From: Utricularia gibba
Taxonomy: Eukaryota > Plantae > Magnoliophyta
Length of the DNA: 21,296 nt
Reading direction: 5' to 3'
Assembly: GCA_002189035.1 (NCBI GenBank)
Contig: NEEC01000094.1
Span: 1 to 21,296, forward strand
The notes below the pieces were generated by a model. That model was not told where the DNA came from and did not search any database. It saw only the letters and a list, made by a program, of their open reading frames with translations. Positions 14,498-21,296 of this stretch are shown here, in pieces (the first letter of the stretch is position 1; every line of letters begins with the position of its first letter). The translations under genes were made by a program, and so were the position numbers.

Positions 14498-15010
14498 GGG
14501 ATGTGAAGAGGCTGACTGCTTTCCGGTCGTGCCTTGGTTGCGGATACGCACTTGCATGCCGGGAAAAACGGCCAAGTAACGGGAATGGCTCGATCGCATG
14601 CTTGGTTGCGACCCGCGGAGGGTGAAAGACAAGCCCCTGGCACGACAGCAGGCACTTGGTGGTTTACTTGGCGACTTGGACGTTTACATGATGGGAAAAA
14701 AGCGGGTAAGTACTTGACTAATCGAGCTCGATCGGGCACTCGGTTGCACGTGCCAAGCTCCTCCCGCACCCTGCGCCGATGCGGCAGTTTACATGATGGG
14801 AAGCCGGCCAAGTAGGCGGAACGTGAACTTGGTGGGGCGTGCGGGGAAGAAGGACGAAGAGGTAGCATGCGCGACGTCGCCCTTGAACCGCGTTAAGCAA
14901 TCGAGGGTGGGGGTAGCGAAATGAAGCAAACGACAGAGAAGTTTGCCGGTTATCGAGAACCGAAAAAAAGGTTAATCAAGCCATTTTTCAAGTCGAGCGA
15001 TCCCACTGTC
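14498..15010 (+). repeat. Degenerate third copy of the IGS 5' head (A-repeat region)
   Basis: Colinear with about 5818-6340, from GGGATGTGAAGAGGCT to TTTTTCAAGTCGAGCG, including the three TTTACATGATGGGAA-like cores (the first degenerate). Confidence 0.9.
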
Positions 15011-15017
15011 TCATCCA

Positions 15018-16350
15018 TTGGTGTCGATTAAGACAGCAGGACGGTGGTCATGGAAGTCTCGTGCAGGAAGGGGCTAAGGAGTGTGGATAACACGCGCGAC
15101 TCACCTGCCGAATCAACTCCTACGTGAAAATGGATGGGTACGGTGCCCAACTGATAGCGCGACCTGGTACAATCTAAATAACGGCCGTCGGGTGCAAGGG
15201 CCAGGCCCCCGGCGCGAGCCTCCGAGGAGGGGCAAAGCAAATGCGCGCGAAACCGATCCTAAGGCGCGAGCGGTCAAAATTCCGAACAACTGCGGCATCC
15301 GGAGACGGGCGAAGGATCTTGGTCCTAGTAACAAATATTCACTCCGCCGGCAGAACAGGGGAAGGCGGCGAAGAGGAAGGGCACCCCAGGTTCCATGTGA
15401 ACGGCAACTTGACACATGGGTTATTGCGATCCTCAGCCTGCTGCTAGTGCTCCGGGAAGCCCGGTAGAGAGTGCGTTTTCGCACTGCGAGCGCCGAAAGG
15501 GAATCGTTGGTCTTGACCTAGTAAGCGCGAGATTCCTGAACCGGGCGCGGCGGCCGGATCGGCAACGCAACAGGAGTCCGGAGACGCTGGCGATCCCAGT
15601 GATGAACCGCGAACGGGAAGAGTTATCTTTTCTGTTAACTCGCCTGAATAGCGCGATACCTGGAATCGACGCACGCCGGAGGCCGAGGCCTGGTGCGGCT
15701 GGATGCGCACCGAACGTCCCGTCGTGGTGTCCGGTGCGTCGCGCCGGCGGCCCTTGAAAATCCGGAGGACCGAGGCGAGATAGCCCTTTGTCGCCGCGAG
15801 AAAGCGACGTACTCAGTAACCGCGCATCAGGTAACGGGAATGGGCTCGAACAAGTTGCAGCCTCTGGCCGGCGATTGGTTATGGAACAATGTCGCGCAAG
15901 GGACGGGAATGGCTCGATCGGGCACTCGGTGGATCCGGCACTCTGATGGGAAAAGGATTGGCTGGCGCGATGAGGGCTGGGCCGAGAAGAAAGAAGCCCA
16001 GTCCCGAACCCCTCGGCTGTGCCTAACTGCTCGAGCTCGCTTCTATCGCGCCAATCGATTGCTCGGGTTACTATAGGTAGGTGCCGGAGGCGGGGGACGG
16101 ACTGGGAACGGCCCAACGCGCTCGCAAGGGGCCATTCCCCGGGCGTCGAAAGCAGCCGACTCAGAACTGGTACGGACAAGGGGAATCCGACCGTGCTCGA
16201 GGGCTGGCCGGGGGCGGTTTAGGCATCCATAGTAAACAAAGCATTGATGTCGATCCGGTGCCCATGGACGGATGATCGAACATCATGGCGCAATGTGATT
16301 GCTCTGGGCCCACGTGCTCTGATGGCCTCGCGCGGATGTCGAAACGTGAC
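15018..16350 (+). pseudogene. Degenerate internal 25S rRNA fragment (source about 3600-4600)
   Basis: A 36 nt exact match (15023-15058 = 3604-3639) is followed by colinear anchors, e.g. ACTCACCTGCCGAATCAACT, CGGCGGCCCTTGAAAATCCGGAGGACCGAG and ACTCAGAACTGGTACGGACAAGGGGAATCCGAC. It is about 30% longer than its source because of insertions and may not exist in vivo. Confidence 0.75.
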
Positions 16351-16789
16351 GCCAGTGCTCGGACATGGCGGGGGTGGCCTCGCGGCGGGACGCCCCCCGC
16401 AGGCCATGGTCGAACATGCGCGCGTGGATCTAATCGCATGCGCGGGGATGGCCTCGCGCGGGACGCCCGCCCGCACTAGGCCGTGGAATGGCTCGAGCAC
16501 GCTGACATTTGCGTGGGGCAATGACTCCCACGGACGCCGCCCGCACGCCATGCTCGGACATGGGCGGTGAATGTCTCGCGCGGACAAGCCCGAGTCCGGC
16601 GGGCGCCATGCTCGGACATGGGCGGGCATGGCCTCGCATGCGGGGAATTCGCCCCCCCGCACGGACCATGATCGACATGCGCGCGGGGATGGCGCTCGCG
16701 CGCGGACGCCGCGCCGGCGCACGCCATGCTCGGAAAGTCATGGGCGGGCATGGCCTCGCGGGGCGGGACGCCCCCCCCAGCAGGCCATG

Positions 16790-16837
16790 ATGCTGCCACG
16801 ATCCGCTGAGATTCAGCCCTTTGTCGCTCCGATTCGA
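16790..16837 (+). pseudogene. Isolated 3'-terminal 48 nt of 25S rRNA
   Basis: ATGCTGCCACG...CCGATTCGA is identical to 5727-5774 and is fused directly to an IGS 52 bp repeat. Confidence 0.9.
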
Positions 16838-18020
16838 CCCCCCCCCCCCCCACCTCCCATTTTTTTCCTGCAAAGTCCGGGATGTGAAGAGGCTATGAGC
16901 TTTCCGGTCGTGCCTTGGTTGCGGATACGCACTTTACATGATGGGAAAAACGGCCAAGTAACGGGAATGGGCTCGATCGGGAACTTGGTTGCATGTGCGG
17001 AGGCCAGAAAGACAAGCCCCTGGCAGACAGGCAGGCACTTGGTTACTTGGTTACTTGGTTACTTGGTTACTTTACATGATGGGAAAAAAGCGCCAAGTAA
17101 GTACTTGATGGGAATGAGCTCGATCGGGCACTCGGTTGCACGTGCCAAGCTTCCTCCCGCACCCTCGCCGATAGGCACTTTACATGATGGGAAAACGGCC
17201 AAGTAGTCGGAACGTGAACTTGGTGGGGCGTGCGGAGGGAAGAAGGACGAAGAGGTGCATGCGTGACGTCGCTCCTTGGAACAAAGTTAAGCAGAGAGGG
17301 TGGGGTAGCGAAATGAAGCAAACGACAATAGAAGTTTGTTATCGAGCAAATGAAAAAAAGGGAATCAAGATATTTTTCAAGTCGAGCGCTGCCCCTGTCA
17401 CCATGCTTGTGGGCATGCCCATTCTTTCTAAGGGGGGAGGTGCTCTCGAGAGGCATCCAAAAGAGTCGCACTTTTTTCGACATCGGGATATCTAGTGCCG
17501 CCACAAGGGTCGTCGCATGTCCACCCTTTATAAGGGGGGAGGTGCTCTTGAGAGGAAACCGACCCACCTCACGGGCACATGCCATGCGCCCCTCGCGCAC
17601 GGGCGTCGGTCACTCGGGCATCGGCGCGGAGACAGAACCTACATCAACGACGTCGGTATGGAGGGGCGGGTTCCCCCTCAAGCCGCACCGCATGCAGGCA
17701 TGCAAGCACGCGCGAAGTGCAAGTGCCCGCCAGCCATGGTCGACCATGTGCGGAGGCGGTGACTCGCCCGCTGGTGAGCCATGATCGAACACGCGCGGGG
17801 ATGGCCTCGCGCGGGACGCCCGCCGCACGCCATGCTCGGACATGGGCGGGCATGGCCTCGCGCGGGACGCCCCCCGCAGGCCATGATCGAACATGCGCGG
17901 GGATGGCCTCGCGCGGGACGCTCGCCCGCACGCCGTGCTCGAGCATGCGCGGGGAATGACTCGCGCGGACGCACGCCGCGCTCGAGCATGCTAGGCGATG
18001 GCTCGTCCGGAATGGCCTTT
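16838..18020 (+). repeat. Second copy of the IGS head (C14 tract, A repeats, Pol I start-like motifs, border monomer)
   Basis: Near-identical to 5775-6960 at an offset of about 11.06 kb. The differences I could see are mostly 1-2 nt indels. Confidence 0.95.
17527..17539 (+). promoter_or_regulatory. Second copy of the candidate Pol I initiation site TTTATAAGGGGGG
   Basis: Exact copy of 6466-6478. The companion TTTCTAAGGGGGG is at 17425-17437. Confidence 0.5.
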
Positions 18021-21000
18021 CGAGAAAAGTCACGCTTTTTTCGACATTTGGATGTCCAATGCCGCCACCTCCTTTTGGCATGATCTCCCTTCTTGAGGGG
18101 GGAGGTGTCTCTGGAGGCACTGGGCCCACCCTCGGGGCGCCTTGTGGCCCACCGAAAAAAGCCACGCTTTTTTCAACATTTGGATGTCCAGTGCCGCCAC
18201 CTGGGTTTTGGCATGTTCTCCCTTCTTGAGGGGGAGGTGTCTTGGAGGCACTGGGCCCACCCTCGGGGCGCCTTGTGGCCCACCGAAAAAAGCCACGCTT
18301 TTTTCAACATTTGGATGTCCAGTGCCGCCACCTGGGTTTTGGCATGTTCTCCCTTCTTGAGGGGGGAGGTGTCTCGAGAGGCACCCGGCCCACCCTCGGG
18401 GGGCGGTGCCCCAGGCGTGCGGCGCCGGCTCCGTGGGCATGGCGTGGAGGCAGCACCTCCATCGGGGCGAGTAGGGGTGGGTTCCCCTCAAGATGCTCGA
18501 GCAAGCACGTTCGATGTCTCGCACGGGACGGGCGTCCGCACGCCATGCGTGGGGCGGTGACTCGCCATGGACGCCCCCCCGCACGCCATGATCGAACATG
18601 CGCGGGGATGGCCTCGCGCGGGACGCCCGCCCGCACGCCGTGCTCGAGCATGCGCGGGGAATGACTCCCACGGGACGCCCGCCCGCACGCCATGCTCGGA
18701 CATGGGCGGGAATGTCTCGCGCGGGACGCCCCGCCGCGCGCCATGCTCGGACATGGGCGGGCATGGCCTCGCGCGGGACCCCCCCGCACGCCATGATCGA
18801 ACACGCGGGGGATGGCCTCGCGCGGACGCCCGCCCGCACGCCATGCTCGGACATGGGCGGGCATGGCCTCGCGCGGGACGCCCCCCCGCAGGCCATGATC
18901 GAACATGCGGGGATGGCCTCGCGCGGGACGCTCGCCCGCACGCCGTGCTCGAGCATGCGCGGGAAATGACTCGCGCGGGACGCACGCCGCGCTCGAGCAT
19001 GCTAGGCGATGGCTCGTCCGGAATGGCCTTTCGAGAAAATTCACGCTTTTTTCGACATTTGGATGTCCAGTGCCGCCACCTCCCTTTTGGCATGATCTCC
19101 CTTCTTGAGGGGGAGGTGTCTCTGGAGGCACTGGGCCCACCCTCGGGGCGCCTTGTGGCCCACCGAAAAAAGCCACGCTTTTTTCAACATTTGGATGTCC
19201 AGTGCCGCCACCTGGGTTTTGGCATGTTCTCCCTTCTTGAGGGGGAGGTGTCTCTGGAGGCACTGGGCCCACCCTCGGGCGCCTTGTGGCCCACCGAAAA
19301 AAGCCACGCTTTTTTCAACATTTGGATGTCCAGTGCCGCCACCTGGGTTTTGGCATGTTCTCCCTTCTTGAGGGGGAGGTGTCTCGAGAGGCACCCGGCC
19401 CACCCTCGGGGGGCGGTGTGCCCCAGGCGTGCGGCGCCGGCTCCGTGGGCATGGCGTGGAGGCAGCACCTCCATCGGGGCGAGTAGGGGTGGGTTCCCCC
19501 TCAAGATGCTCGAGCAAGCACGTTCGATGTCTCGCACGGGACGGGCGTCCGCACGCCATGCGTGGGGCGGTGACTCGCCATGGACGCCCGCCCGCACGCC
19601 TTGCTCGAGCATGCGCGGGGAATGTCTCGCGCGGACGGTTGCCCGCGCGCCGTGCTCGAGCATGCGCGGGGAATGACTCCCACGGGACGCCCGCCCGCAC
19701 GCCATGCTCGGACATGGGCGGGGAATGTCTCGCGCGGGACGCCCGCCGGCGCGCCATGCTCGGACATGGGCGGGCATGGCCTCGCGCGGGACCCCCCGCA
19801 CGCCATGATCGAACACGCGCGGGGATGGCCTCGGCGGGACGCCCGCCCGCACGCCATGCTCGGACATGGGCGGGCATGGCCTCGCGCGGGACGCCCCCCC
19901 GCAGGCCATGATCGAACATGCGCGGGGATGGCCTCGCGCGGGACGCTCGCCCGCACGCCGTGCTCGAGCATGCGCGGGAAATGACTCGCGCGGGACGCAC
20001 GCCGCGCTCGAGCATGCTAGGCGATGGCTCGTCCGGAATGGCCTTTCGAGAAAATTCACGCTTTTTTCGACATTTGGATGTCCAGTGCCGCCACCTCCCT
20101 TTTGGCATGATCTCCCTTCTTGAGGGGGGAGGTGTCTCTGGAGGCACTGGGCCCACCCTCGGGGCGCCTTGTGGCCCACCGAAAAAAGCCACGCTTTTTT
20201 CAACATTTGGATGTCCAGTGCCGCCACCTGGGTTTTGGCATGTTCTCCCTTCTTGAGGGGGGAGGTGTCTTTGGAGGCACTGGGCCCACCCTCGGGGCGC
20301 CTTGTGGCCCACCGAAAAAAGCCACGCTTTTTCAACATTTGGATGTCCAGTGCCGCCACCTGGGTTTTGGCATGTTCTCCCTTCTTGAGGGGGAGGTGTC
20401 TCGAGAGGCACCCGGCCCACCCTCGGGGGGCGGTGTGCCCCAGGCGTGCGGCGCCGGCTCCGTGGGCATGGCGTGGAGGCAGCACCTCCATCGGGGCGAG
20501 TAGGGGTGGGTTCCCCCTCAAGATGCTCGAGCAAGCACGTTCGATGTCTCGCACGGGACGGGCGTCCGCACGCCATGCGTGGGCGGTGACTCGCCATGGA
20601 CGCCCCCCCGCACGCCATGATCGAACATGCGCGGGGATGGCCTCGCGCGGGACGCCCGCCCGCACGCCGTGCTCGAGCATGCGCGGGAATGACTCCCACG
20701 GGACGCCCGCCCGCACGCCATGCTCGGACATGGGCGGGGAATGTCTCGCGCGGACGCCCGCCGGCGCGCCATGCTCGGACATGGGCGGGCATGGCCTCGC
20801 GCGGGACGCCCCCCCGCACGCCATGATCGAACACGCGCGGGGATGGCCTCGCGCGGGACGCCCGCCCGCACGCCATGCTCGGACATGGGCGGGCATGGCC
20901 GCGCGGGACGCCCCCCCGCAGGCCATGATCGAACATGCGCGGGGATGGCCTCGCGCGGGACGCTCGCCCGCACGCCGTGCTCGAGCATGCGCGGGAAATG

Positions 21001-21296
21001 ACTCGCGCGGGACGCACGCCGCGCTCGAGCATGCTAGGCGATGGCTCGTCCGGAATGGCCTTTCGAGAAAATTCACGCTTTTTTCGACATTTGGATGTCC
21101 AGTGCCGCCACCTCCCTTTTGGCATGATCTCCCTTCTTGAGGGGGAGGTGTCTCTGGAGGCACTGGGCCCACCCTCGGGGCGCCTTGTGGCCCACCGAAA
21201 AAAGCCACGCTTTTTTCAACATTTGGATGTCCAGTGCCGCCACCTGGGTTTTGGCATGTTCTCCCTTCTTGAGGGGGGAGGTGTCTCTGGAGGCAC
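18021..21296 (+). repeat. IGS higher-order repeat array 2 (truncated by the window end)
   Basis: The same marker occurs at 17990, 19001, 20016 and 21033 (spacings 1011, 1015, 1017). It has more single-base deletions than the first monomers of array 1. Confidence 0.96.

Larger units (their letters stand above)
13294..16789. other. Scrambled rDNA mosaic (probable consensus or assembly artefact; alternatively a rearranged pseudo-unit)
   Basis: Short near-exact pieces of IGS repeats, the IGS head, 25S, 18S and ITS1 are interleaved with many small indels. No novel non-rDNA sequence was recognised. Confidence 0.8.

Noticed and set aside
15018-16350. Ancient 25S pseudogene decayed by methylation
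   Set aside because: Differences are dominated by short insertions copied from other rDNA positions, and long exact CpG-containing blocks persist. That does not match deamination-driven decay.
6548-21208. Many long overlapping ORFs (up to 694 aa) on both strands of the IGS
   Set aside because: They are Arg/Ala/Pro/Gly-rich translations of GC-rich tandem repeats that lack stop codons. Frames switch at homopolymer indels and no protein domain is recognisable.
5775-21296. 5S rRNA gene or tRNA embedded in the IGS (linked L-type arrangement)
   Set aside because: I found no 5S signature (GGATGCGATCATACCAG or its reverse complement) and no tRNA cloverleaf on either strand by eye. An Infernal or tRNAscan run would be the definitive test.

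Overview
Eukaryotic nuclear 35S/45S rDNA from an angiosperm, probably a monocot (inferred from 18S and 25S signature words). It holds one complete, intact-looking + strand cistron: 18S 21-1828, a very short ITS1 of about 134 bp, 5.8S about 1963-2125, ITS2 and 25S 2362-5774. A long GC-rich intergenic spacer (IGS) follows. It has a C16/pyrimidine tract, a short A-repeat block, an AT-rich patch with Pol I start-like motifs (6364, 6466) and a ~1.02 kb higher-order repeat array. Each monomer contains ~133 bp promoter-like repeats, a linker and ~52 bp palindromic repeats. At 13294-16789 the sequence collapses into a braided mosaic of IGS, 25S, 18S and ITS1 snippets. It then resumes at the last 48 nt of 25S with a second near-identical IGS that runs off the window, with no ETS, 18S or 5.8S in between. 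The mosaic and the IGS-IGS join look most like a long-read consensus or assembly artefact, although a real rearranged unit cannot be excluded from sequence alone. No credible protein-coding gene, mobile element, intron, 5S gene, tRNA or CRISPR array was found, and I see no convincing new biological system beyond the unusual IGS architecture.
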